From contig JAUXIJ010000003.1 of NCBI GenBank assembly GCA_030621085.1, forward strand, positions 17,588-81,587: DNA of 64,000 bases, given 5' to 3'. Shown here in pieces: positions 9,878-18,113 of this stretch (positions are counted from its first letter, which is position 1; each line of letters opens with the position of its first letter). A model generated the notes under the pieces. That model did not search any database. It saw nothing but the letters and a program-made list of their open reading frames with translations, and was not told where the DNA came from. The stretch is from Candidatus Cloacimonadota bacterium. Its GTDB lineage: Bacteria > Cloacimonadota > Cloacimonadia > Cloacimonadales > TCS61. The position numbers and the translations under genes were made by a program.

Positions 9878-11038
9878 TTAGTTATTTAAATTCTTCAGGA
9901 TGTGAACTACTGAAGAAGCTCCCGATCCCCCCATATTTTGAGCTAAACCGATCTTTGCATTCTTGATCTGTCTTTCTCCGGATTTTCCTGTTAACTGTTC
10001 ATAAATCTCCACAACTTGAGCAGCTCCTGTAGCTCCTACAGGATGACCTTTGGATTTCAATCCACCTGAAGTATTGATCGGTATTTTACCGGTTAATGCT
10101 GTATGGCCTTGTTCAGTGAATAGTCCACCTTTTCCTCTTTCAGCAAAACCGAGTTCTTCCAAAATACAGATTTCAGCGATAGTAAAACAATCGTGAACTT
10201 CTGCCAGATCGATATCAGATGGTTTTAATCCTGCCATTTTAAAGGCGAGTTCAGCAGATACTTTAACGGCATTTAATGCAGTTATATCGTCTCTTTGATC
10301 TAAAGCTAAAGAATCTGTTGCAACTCTGGAACCTACAATTTTAATCATAGGTTTTTGAAGTCTTTTAGCGACTTCTTCCGAAGCTAATATTATACAAGCA
10401 CCGCCATCAGAAACAGGAGAGCTATCCAGAACTGTTAAGGGATCAGCAACCAAAACAGCGTTTTTTACCTGATCAAGAGTGACTTTTCGTGGAAATTGAG
10501 CATTTGGATTCATCGAGCCGTTAAAATGATTTTTCACAGCAACCTGAGCAAGTTGATCTCTTGTTGTTCCATAACGGTGCATGTGTGCTCTGGCAATCAT
10601 TGCATAAAGTCCGGGAAAGGTAACTCCATGATAACATTCATATTCCTGATCTGCAGCTGTTGAAAGAGCAAAAGTTACATCAGCACCATCATTCATCTTT
10701 TCAACTCCACCAGCAAGCACGATATCAGAATTTCCGGATGCAATATCGAGAAATCCCATCCTGACTGCTAATCCTCCGGAACAGCAAGCTGATTCAACTC
10801 GAACTGCCGGAATTGGTGCCATTCCCAGATAATCTGCCATTAAAGCTCCGACGTGTTCCTGCCCAACAAAAAGTCCGGATGTCATCGTGCCAACATACAT
10901 AGAATCAAGATGATCGACTCCTGCATCTTTTATCGCTTTTAATCCAGCTTCAACAAATAAATCCCGGAATGAAGATTCCCATATCTCGCCAAATTTTGTC
11001 ATTCCGCAACCAATTATATAAACATCTCTCATTTTCAA
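9878..11038 (-). CDS. Acetyl-CoA acetyltransferase (archaeal-type thiolase)
   Basis: 386 aa. Contains [32 protein letters not shown] and CFTIAEI. Confidence 0.85.
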   Translation of the reverse strand: MKMRDVYIIGCGMTKFGEIWESSFRDLFVEAGLKAIKDAGVDHLDSMYVGTMTSGLFVGQEHVGALMADYLGMAPIPAVRVESACCSGGLAVRMGFLDIASGNSDIVLAGGVEKMNDGADVTFALSTAADQEYECYHGVTFPGLYAMIARAHMHRYGTTRDQLAQVAVKNHFNGSMNPNAQFPRKVTLDQVKNAVLVADPLTVLDSSPVSDGGACIILASEEVAKRLQKPMIKIVGSRVATDSLALDQRDDITALNAVKVSAELAFKMAGLKPSDIDLAEVHDCFTIAEICILEELGFAERGKGGLFTEQGHTALTGKIPINTSGGLKSKGHPVGATGAAQVVEIYEQLTGKSGERQIKNAKIGLAQNMGGSGASSVVHILKNLNN

Positions 11039-11043
11039 TCCTC

Positions 11044-12090
11044 CTACTCGTTCATAATGATCTTTTCACGGAATTTAGCATACTGACCGTAATCTAAATA
11101 AATCGGGTTATCTGCGAGCATTTCTCGGACCTTTTCTGCTTTATCCTGAACATCAATAATTTTATTAGTAGCTTTAAAAATGAAAGCATCACTTCCAGCA
11201 CCGGAACCAAAGGAAACCATAAAGATCAGATCATCGGGTTTTGCAACATCCAAAGTTGCAGAAAGACCTGTTGGAGAAGAACCTGAATATGTGTTTCCCA
11301 TTAAATTCACAACCCATCCGGGTTTCATCTGTTCATCCGTGAAACCGAGTTTTTTCCCGACAGTTAATGGGAATTTTCCGTTCGGCATATGGAAAATTGC
11401 ATATTTGAAATCAGATGGTTTATATCCGCTCTTTTTCAAAATTGCTTTTGCAGCTCCCTGAACATGTTTGAAATATGCAGGTTCACCTGTGAATCTACCT
11501 CCATGATGAGGATAGAATGCTCCTTCTCTTCTCCAGAAATCTGGAGTATCTGTGGTGTAAGAATGAGTGAATAACAATTCTGCGAGAATATTTTCCTCTC
11601 CAAAAATAAATGCTGAACCTCCGGCAGAAGCAGAAAATTCCAGTGCATCAGCAGGAGCACCTTGAGATGTATCCGCTCCGATCGCCATTGCATATTTTAC
11701 TTCTCCGGCTTTAACTAAAGCTTGAGCAACAAACATCCCTTCCGAACCTGCTTTACAGGCAAATTCAAAATCTGCAGTATGAAAATCTGGAACAATGCCA
11801 AGAGCTTCTCCTACAACAGTTCCTGAGGGTTTCACTGCATAAGGATGAGATTCCGAACCAATGTAAAGTGCACCGATCTCCTGCGGATCGATATTGCAGC
11901 GTTTCAACGCTTTCTTTGCTGCTGCTACTGAAATTGTAATTGTATCTTCGTCTAAACCGGGAACAGATTTTTCCTGCAGCATTAACCCGCGCTTGATAGC
12001 TACTGCATCTTTTCCCCATTGATGAGCTATCTGTTCAGCTTTTATCCGGAATTTTGGAATGTACGAACCATATCCGATAATTCCAACCAT
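11044..12090 (-). CDS. Hydroxymethylglutaryl-CoA synthase (archaeal-type, ~350 aa)
   Basis: 348 aa. N-terminus [33 protein letters not shown] nucleophile region, and a 5-nt spacer to the thiolase. Confidence 0.85.
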   Translation of the reverse strand: MVGIIGYGSYIPKFRIKAEQIAHQWGKDAVAIKRGLMLQEKSVPGLDEDTITISVAAAKKALKRCNIDPQEIGALYIGSESHPYAVKPSGTVVGEALGIVPDFHTADFEFACKAGSEGMFVAQALVKAGEVKYAMAIGADTSQGAPADALEFSASAGGSAFIFGEENILAELLFTHSYTTDTPDFWRREGAFYPHHGGRFTGEPAYFKHVQGAAKAILKKSGYKPSDFKYAIFHMPNGKFPLTVGKKLGFTDEQMKPGWVVNLMGNTYSGSSPTGLSATLDVAKPDDLIFMVSFGSGAGSDAFIFKATNKIIDVQDKAEKVREMLADNPIYLDYGQYAKFREKIIMNE

Positions 12091-12150
12091 TAAACCTCCT
12101 TTTTATATAAAATCAAAAATTTCAAAATACTAACTAACTGAAATCAATTT

Positions 12151-12723
12151 TTAAAGCCAATGAATTTTTCCTTCTCTTCGAGGAGGAGCAGGTGATTCTC
12201 TATCATAATAACCAAGAGCAATCCCGCATAGGAATTCTTTGTTTTCAATGTTCAATAGTTTTTTAACCTGTTCTGCTTTTTGCTCTACTCTTCCCAGAAC
12301 ACAGGTTCCTAAACCTTCTTTATGCGCTAATAGAAGTAGATTTTGTATTGCCAGGAATACACTTCCCATTGAGGTTATCGGTTCTTCTCCGGGAATTATA
12401 TCAGAGAAGGCTAAGATTACAACAGGTGCATTTCCAATATTGCCAAAGAATTTTCCTGTTAATTCAATTATTTTTGGTTTGAGTTTTCCTTCCAGAGTCG
12501 GTTTGACATATTCCCAGAATTCGTTATAAACTTCTGTAAATTCTTTTAGTTTATCCCCTTTTAAAACATAAAAATGCCAGTTCTGGAAATTCTTCCCTGA
12601 CGGTGCCCAGATTGCTGTTTGAAGAATTTTGTGTAACAACTCATCGGGAACTTCTTTATCGTTGAATGAACGAATACTTCGTCTGGTTTTGATTATTTCG
12701 TAAATATCGTTTGAAAATGACAT
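12151..12723 (-). CDS. Nitroreductase family protein
   Basis: 190 aa. Contains IIKTRRSIRSF and WAPSGKNFQNWHF, typical of the nitroreductase fold. Confidence 0.8.
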   Translation of the reverse strand: MSFSNDIYEIIKTRRSIRSFNDKEVPDELLHKILQTAIWAPSGKNFQNWHFYVLKGDKLKEFTEVYNEFWEYVKPTLEGKLKPKIIELTGKFFGNIGNAPVVILAFSDIIPGEEPITSMGSVFLAIQNLLLLAHKEGLGTCVLGRVEQKAEQVKKLLNIENKEFLCGIALGYYDRESPAPPRREGKIHWL

Positions 12724-12748
12724 ATATTACTCCTCTATAAAGCCAAAT

Positions 12749-12904
12749 TTATATATTATATTTTCCAGACAACATTTTTTTCTTTGAAGATGAAGGAAAT
12801 CCCTTTACGATTTCCTGCAATCGAACAAGGATTTTTACCTTTTCTTCAAATGGTAATTTTGCCAAATGCTGATGATATTCTTCTATTTTTTTAATTGAAA
12901 CCAT
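12749..12904 (-). CDS. Hypothetical 51-aa protein immediately downstream of hsdM
   Basis: Below the ORF-track cutoff. My reverse translation from ATG at 12902-12904 reads MVSIKKIEEYHQHLAKLPFEEKVKILVRLQEIVKGFPSSSKKKMLSGKYNI. It begins 5 nt after the hsdM stop. I recognise no family. Confidence 0.25.
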   Translation of the reverse strand: MVSIKKIEEYHQHLAKLPFEEKVKILVRLQEIVKGFPSSSKKKMLSGKYNI

Positions 12905-12909
12905 TTTTT

Positions 12910-14409
12910 CTATAAATCCTTACTCTTCAACTTTTCCATCACATGAATAATTTCCTTTCCATGAGTATCAATAATTGAAATCAGTTCTTCAGGAGACCTT
13001 GTATCTTCTTCAATTTTTCTATTTGGATTAACTGCTTTTATATCGTAATTCTTTTCTTGGATTTCTTCTAATGAAACTTTCCATGAATTTTCGCTCTCTT
13101 TCTTTTGTGGAAGTAAGCTAAAGAATTCATCAAAATGCTGCATATTGAGAAGTTGTTTTTTAGTTACCTTTATATCGGATAAATCATAATACCAGATTTC
13201 TTTAGTTGGTTCACCTTTTTTGAAAAAGAGAAGATTGGTTTTACTGGCTGCACCAGCATTAATAAATACTTTGGGTGGAAGACTTACAATACAAAACAGA
13301 TTGCATTCATTAAGCAGTTTGCGTTTTGTTTGAACAAATGATTTTTCATTGGTGCGGAAAAGAACCCCTTCGTCCATTACAATTCCGCACCTGCCGCCCG
13401 GTTTTAAGCTATCTATCACATGCTGGAGAAATAATACCTGCGTAGCTCTTGTTTTGTAGGCAAAGCTTGTTTGTGCTTCTTTTCCCTCTTTTCCTCCAAA
13501 AGGTGGATTGGTTAGAACAACATCAAAAAGTGCAGGAGCACTTTGGAAGAGACCCCCATAGACTTCATTGCCTGTAAGAGTATTTCCATGCCAGATATGC
13601 GGTTCATCGATTTCATGAAGAACAAGATTTGCAAGTGCAATTGGGTAAATAAGATTCTCTTTTTCTCTGCCATAAAAAGTTGTGGTTTTTAGAGTTTCAA
13701 TATCATTTGCTGTTTTTACTTTTTCTTTTGTATGTAAATAAGCTTGAGCTAAAAAACCACCGGTTCCACAGCAAGGGTCATAAACTGTATCTCCAATCTG
13801 GGGATCGATTACTTTTACTAATACACGAATAACTTCTCTGGGAGTGAAGAACTGACCACCATCATTATTCTTCTCTCCCATCTTAAGAAGCAATCCTTCA
13901 TAAACTTGAGAAAGTGTGAACATGTGGGTTTCTTCAACTTGAGGTAAAGTAAGTTCATGAATTTTATCAAGAATATCTAAAAGGTTTCGTTCTGTATCGA
14001 TCCCGGTTTTCTCAATATAGGAAAATACTTCACTGATAACTTTCTGACGAGAAGTTGCACCCAGTTTTTCTTTTAACTTTCTGAGAAAAGGTAAAAGCTC
14101 TACATTCACGAAACTCATAAATCCACCGAGTGTTCCTATTTGTAATTGCTTTCGTTTCTCTCCATCCGGTGCTGCCCAATCCTGCCAGCGATATGGATAT
14201 TCAAGGGAAGGACTGAAACTGACGCCAACCGCTCTTGCTTGCTCTTCCTCTATTTGTTCCTTTTCATCGAGTATTCTCAAGAAAAGCATCCAGGTAAGCT
14301 CAGGAACATACTGCAAAGCACCAGCTCTGCCGGAACGACGCATAATATCGCAGATGCTTTTGATATAAGAATTCAGGGATTTTGGTGTGGTAATTTGCTT
14401 TTTTCTCAT
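12910..14409 (-). CDS. hsdM: Type I restriction-modification system, DNA methyltransferase subunit
   Basis: 499 aa. Contains GQFFTPREV, DPCCGTGGFL and LTNPPFGGKEG (N6-adenine MTase motifs I and IV). 4-nt overlap with hsdS. Confidence 0.9.
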   Translation of the reverse strand: MRKKQITTPKSLNSYIKSICDIMRRSGRAGALQYVPELTWMLFLRILDEKEQIEEEQARAVGVSFSPSLEYPYRWQDWAAPDGEKRKQLQIGTLGGFMSFVNVELLPFLRKLKEKLGATSRQKVISEVFSYIEKTGIDTERNLLDILDKIHELTLPQVEETHMFTLSQVYEGLLLKMGEKNNDGGQFFTPREVIRVLVKVIDPQIGDTVYDPCCGTGGFLAQAYLHTKEKVKTANDIETLKTTTFYGREKENLIYPIALANLVLHEIDEPHIWHGNTLTGNEVYGGLFQSAPALFDVVLTNPPFGGKEGKEAQTSFAYKTRATQVLFLQHVIDSLKPGGRCGIVMDEGVLFRTNEKSFVQTKRKLLNECNLFCIVSLPPKVFINAGAASKTNLLFFKKGEPTKEIWYYDLSDIKVTKKQLLNMQHFDEFFSLLPQKKESENSWKVSLEEIQEKNYDIKAVNPNRKIEEDTRSPEELISIIDTHGKEIIHVMEKLKSKDL

Positions 14410-15605
14410 AACTCACCTCTAAACGCCTTCCTCAAAATTGTCTGTGGTAAGGCATTAATAGCTTCTAATTGCTTTTCAATAGATGTACGAAGTTTCTCTA
14501 CTTCTGACATTTTTTCTTTGAGTACATCAACTATATATTGCTGGACTGTTAAAAGTGGTATGGGAATATCTAATTTTTTTAATAATTTATAGTGTCTGCT
14601 ATAACCGAGATTTCTAATTTTAAAACTTGATAAAGCATAGTAAAAATATTTTGTTAAAATTATATTTTTATTAGGGATTAATACTTTAGTTCCATCAGCA
14701 CCAATAGCAAAAGGAAAATTAATATATTTAAATATTCTTGTATGATCACCAAAGATTATAACAGGTAATTCTTCTTTATAGATGTTTATTTGATCATCAG
14801 TATAACCACATATTAAATCTTTTCCCTGGTCAATAATAGGATATTTTCCACTTTCTTTATATTCTTTTTGTAGAATTCCTTTTAATTGTAATCCTTTTCC
14901 TTTTATAATACATTCATTAAAATTTTTCCTCTCCCACTTCTTTGCTTCTTCGCTTTCAAAAACTTCTCTCAGGTAAGCAGAGGGAAGAGCTTTAACTGCT
15001 TCCAGTTGCTTTTCGCAGGAAGTTCGGGCATTATCAATTTCTTGTTGTAGTTCCTGGATTTTTGATGCTATGCGTTTTTGTTCTGAGATTGGAGGGAGAG
15101 GGATTTCAAGATTAAGTAATTTTTCACGTTGTACAGCGGCTTGTCCAATCCATCTGTTGCAAATCATTTCAAAAACACGTCTATACCACAATAATTGAAG
15201 CCATAAAGTAAAATAAATCGGATTAAGAACTCCTGTTATTGTCCTTAACCGAGATAGGTGGTTACTATAAAGAAAAAAACCATTTTCCTCAGTAAATAAA
15301 GCTGTTTTGCCGACTAATTCTACACTGTTGGTATTGTTAAATATAACATCCCCAGATTGCAGTCTATATTTGTTAACTTGGTTCTGTGTGGCTGGAACTC
15401 TGAGAATGGTTGAGAGGTCTATCTTACATCTACTAGAGATATTATTCATTCTTAATTGTATATAACCACAAGTCTCATCACGTTTCCCACATGCAAAACC
15501 AGGTTGAATTTCTTGGATGACTTCTCTCAATCTCTCCCATTTCCAGCTTGGTGGGAGTTCGGGTTGTGGATTTTGGTTTGAGGAATTATTTATTTTGGTT
15601 TTCAT
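14406..15605 (-). CDS. hsdS: Type I restriction-modification system, specificity subunit
   Basis: 399 aa with two target-recognition halves. Each is followed by a conserved helical spacer (IPLPPISEQKRIASKIQEL... and IPIPLLTVQQYIVDVLKEK...LRKAFRGEL). Confidence 0.85.
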   Translation of the reverse strand: MKTKINNSSNQNPQPELPPSWKWERLREVIQEIQPGFACGKRDETCGYIQLRMNNISSRCKIDLSTILRVPATQNQVNKYRLQSGDVIFNNTNSVELVGKTALFTEENGFFLYSNHLSRLRTITGVLNPIYFTLWLQLLWYRRVFEMICNRWIGQAAVQREKLLNLEIPLPPISEQKRIASKIQELQQEIDNARTSCEKQLEAVKALPSAYLREVFESEEAKKWERKNFNECIIKGKGLQLKGILQKEYKESGKYPIIDQGKDLICGYTDDQINIYKEELPVIIFGDHTRIFKYINFPFAIGADGTKVLIPNKNIILTKYFYYALSSFKIRNLGYSRHYKLLKKLDIPIPLLTVQQYIVDVLKEKMSEVEKLRTSIEKQLEAINALPQTILRKAFRGEL

Positions 15606-15668
15606 TTTTAATTATACCTTTGGTGCCTTTGTCCTCTTTGGTGTGTTTATACAGTGTTAAAGTCGTTT

Positions 15669-15767
15669 TCATTTAAAATCCTTCTGTAGAAAAAACCAAA
15701 TATTCGCCAAAATTGCCAAACAAATGCCAATAGTTATGTCCGATAAATGTCTGTTATTGCAATTCAT
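15669..15767 (-). CDS. Candidate 32-aa hydrophobic peptide (speculative)
   Basis: Distal part of track ORF 15669-15872. Internal ATG at 15765-15767 is preceded by AAAGGAAGAGAGT. Sequence is MNCNNRHLSDITIGICLAILANIWFFLQKDFK, with one predicted TM helix. Lies in the hsdS/AlbA_2 spacer. Confidence 0.2.
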   Translation of the reverse strand: MNCNNRHLSDITIGICLAILANIWFFLQKDFK

Positions 15768-15831
15768 ACTCTCTTCCTTTTTTCTCCGGTTGTGCAATTG
15801 TTGTGCAATAGATATGCAATTAAGGCAATTA

Positions 15832-17190
15832 TTATGCAATAACATAATAAGCCCCTGCTCCCTTTTTTCCACTTTCTTTCAATACTTCTTTCTCAACTAA
15901 AATCCTTAAGTCATTGGTGGCTGTATTTCTTGAACAAATATTTATCTCCTGGTACTCCTTATTCGTTATCTTGACTTTCTTTTTAACATACATCACTGCT
16001 TTTATCTGTCTTTCATTCAATCCCTTCTTTGTTAAATATTCTTCTGTATAAATATCTTTGTGAAAATAAACAGAAAAACCACCCATTTCTTCTTTGTATC
16101 CCGGTTCGGGTAATGCTGCTTCCTTCATCCAGTTAACCATTCTCACTGTTCCGCTGCCATATTGTTCAATAAAACCTGCAAGATAGAAAACTTTTGCAAT
16201 TAAAGGATTTCGCAGATATGACTGGTGTGGTTTTTTCAGTTGCCCGATTGTTATGCCTTCTGGAAGTCCACCCGGATTGGAAAACCAGATATGGTCATCA
16301 TATACTTTGATAACAATGAAATTTGCTATATTAAAGTAATCTCTATGAGTAAGTGCATTCAGCAGAGCTTCACGAATAGCAGTAATAGGATAATCCCAGA
16401 TGTCTTGTCGTTCTATTCCTTTTATATCGTAACGAACACTTATGAATTGTTTTATGATTTTTATAGTTTCTTCAAATTGCTGAAAAAGATTTCCTTTAAC
16501 CCATTTATCGTCAATTATAGTGGTTTCTGTTTTGAACCTACCAATCCGAATGCAAAGATTGATAAAGTGTTTTTGAGGATTATTTCCAAATAGGAGAACA
16601 GCACCGTTTGTCAGTTTTCCATCAACAAGAAGATCCAGTTTTTCCAGTATGATTTGTTGTGGTTCATTAAGGGATACATTAGTAAGTCTATTGTTATTCA
16701 CAGCAAGATGAATAAAATTTTTAACGGAATCAGAATCAATCTCCTCCAAAGAAATATCAGTTATTATAGAATCCCACGGTTTTCCTTTTAAAAGCAAAAC
16801 TTTGAGTTTTTGCTGGTTCATCTCTCTGGTTGTGTTTCCGATTCGTTCATAATAACGACCTTCATAAGAGACAAGATAGCCTGAATGAACAACCCTGACT
16901 GTAATAACTCGTTTTCCTTCAATATCTATTGTCTCAATCTCAGGATAGAGAGAAAGTTTATTTACAATGCGGTTAGTTAAATCCTCCAGAAATCTGGTTG
17001 ATAATTCAATTCCTACAGGATTGCTATTTTTATCAACTCCAAGAAGGATTATCCCACCTTTTGTATTTGCAAAAGCTGAGATAGTTTTATAAAATGCTTT
17101 ATTGGGGATTTCTTTAAATTCTGCAGTGTTTGTTTCTCCTATTGCCAGTAGCTTTTTTAATTCTTTTTCATCCATATTATAAAAATTCAT
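15832..17190 (-). CDS. AlbA_2 (divergent AAA / Schlafen-like) + HATPase_c_4 + C-terminal HTH protein
   Basis: 452 aa. N-terminal GETNTAEFKE...ISAFANTKGGIILLGVD is the AlbA_2 signature. REALLNALTHRDY...EQYGSGTVRM is the RecG-C/HATPase_c_4-like signature. ATGA overlap with the radC-like gene. Confidence 0.8.
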   Translation of the reverse strand: MNFYNMDEKELKKLLAIGETNTAEFKEIPNKAFYKTISAFANTKGGIILLGVDKNSNPVGIELSTRFLEDLTNRIVNKLSLYPEIETIDIEGKRVITVRVVHSGYLVSYEGRYYERIGNTTREMNQQKLKVLLLKGKPWDSIITDISLEEIDSDSVKNFIHLAVNNNRLTNVSLNEPQQIILEKLDLLVDGKLTNGAVLLFGNNPQKHFINLCIRIGRFKTETTIIDDKWVKGNLFQQFEETIKIIKQFISVRYDIKGIERQDIWDYPITAIREALLNALTHRDYFNIANFIVIKVYDDHIWFSNPGGLPEGITIGQLKKPHQSYLRNPLIAKVFYLAGFIEQYGSGTVRMVNWMKEAALPEPGYKEEMGGFSVYFHKDIYTEEYLTKKGLNERQIKAVMYVKKKVKITNKEYQEINICSRNTATNDLRILVEKEVLKESGKKGAGAYYVIA

Positions 17191-18113
17191 CTCATCAATC
17201 CTTTGTTTGCAAAACTATAATAGTCATCTACATTTTTCCCAATAATTATATGATCAAGCACTTTTATTCCTACAAAATTGCAGGCATCAACAATTTTGTT
17301 AGTAAGTTTAATATCATCCGCAGAAGGTTCTGTATCACCAGATGGATGATTATGAACCAGAATAATGGAAGAAGCAGATTTCAATGTGGCTTCTTTTATG
17401 ATTTCTTTGGGGTCAACAATACTTGCATTAATGCTGCCTTTGCTTATTTCTATATTATGAATCGGTTTGTTTTTAATATCCAGAAGAATAACATTAAAGA
17501 ACTCTTTTTTCGCATCTCTGAGATATGCTCCATAATATTCAGCAACATAAAGGATGATATCACCAGGGCTTTTAATCTTTTTTTGTTTTTTGGCACTTTC
17601 TTTGTATAGTCTTTTTCCAAGTTCAAGAGCTGCTTTTATTTGTGCTGCTTTTGCAGGACCAATTCCATCAATCTCGCAGATTTCAGAAATTGTTGCAGAA
17701 TCTATTGCTCTTAAAGTTCCAAATTTATTTAATAATCTTTTTGATAATTCTTCTGCACTGATTCCTTCTTTGCCGGTTCGCAGGATAATTGCCAGAAGTT
17801 TTGATAAAGATAATGATTCAGGACCGGAACTAATCAGCATTTCTCTTGGTCTTTCTTCTTTAATCCATTTCTTTATAGGAAGATTTTGCCGAAGTTCAGA
17901 AGAACGCTTCTTAACCTCATTTCTGATTTTTTTACATTCATCTACTGTTTTTATATTTAACTTTTTGATTATTTCTTTAGCTTTATTTTCAGTTATACAA
18001 TTCTTTTTTGGCAGCTTTAGAAATACCTTACCTTTTTTACTTATCATTGGGTAGATTGAATTTCCAACGAGGAAATCAATTATTTCTTTTTTTAAAGCAG
18101 ATTCGTTTCTCAT
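17187..18113 (-). CDS. radC: RadC-like JAB/MPN domain protein with ~80-aa N-terminal extension
   Basis: 308 aa. HhH region GIGPAKAAQIKAALELGKR and JAMM motif HNHPSGDTEPSADD. ATGA overlaps with both hsdR and the AlbA_2 gene. Confidence 0.85.
   Translation of the reverse strand: MRNESALKKEIIDFLVGNSIYPMISKKGKVFLKLPKKNCITENKAKEIIKKLNIKTVDECKKIRNEVKKRSSELRQNLPIKKWIKEERPREMLISSGPESLSLSKLLAIILRTGKEGISAEELSKRLLNKFGTLRAIDSATISEICEIDGIGPAKAAQIKAALELGKRLYKESAKKQKKIKSPGDIILYVAEYYGAYLRDAKKEFFNVILLDIKNKPIHNIEISKGSINASIVDPKEIIKEATLKSASSIILVHNHPSGDTEPSADDIKLTNKIVDACNFVGIKVLDHIIIGKNVDDYYSFANKGLMR

Noticed and set aside
15669-15872. Full 67-aa track ORF
   Set aside because: Its 5' part overlaps the 3' end of the AlbA_2 gene (15832-15872) in another frame and has no RBS. 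I kept only the distal 32-aa part, which has its own RBS, as a low-confidence candidate.
14146-18054. Long antisense ORFs in island 1 (14146-14592, 16225-16593, 17130-17609, 17554-18054, all plus strand)
   Set aside because: They are F/I/L/N/S-rich low-complexity translations, typical of the complement of AT-rich coding DNA. Each is fully contained in a well-supported minus-strand gene.
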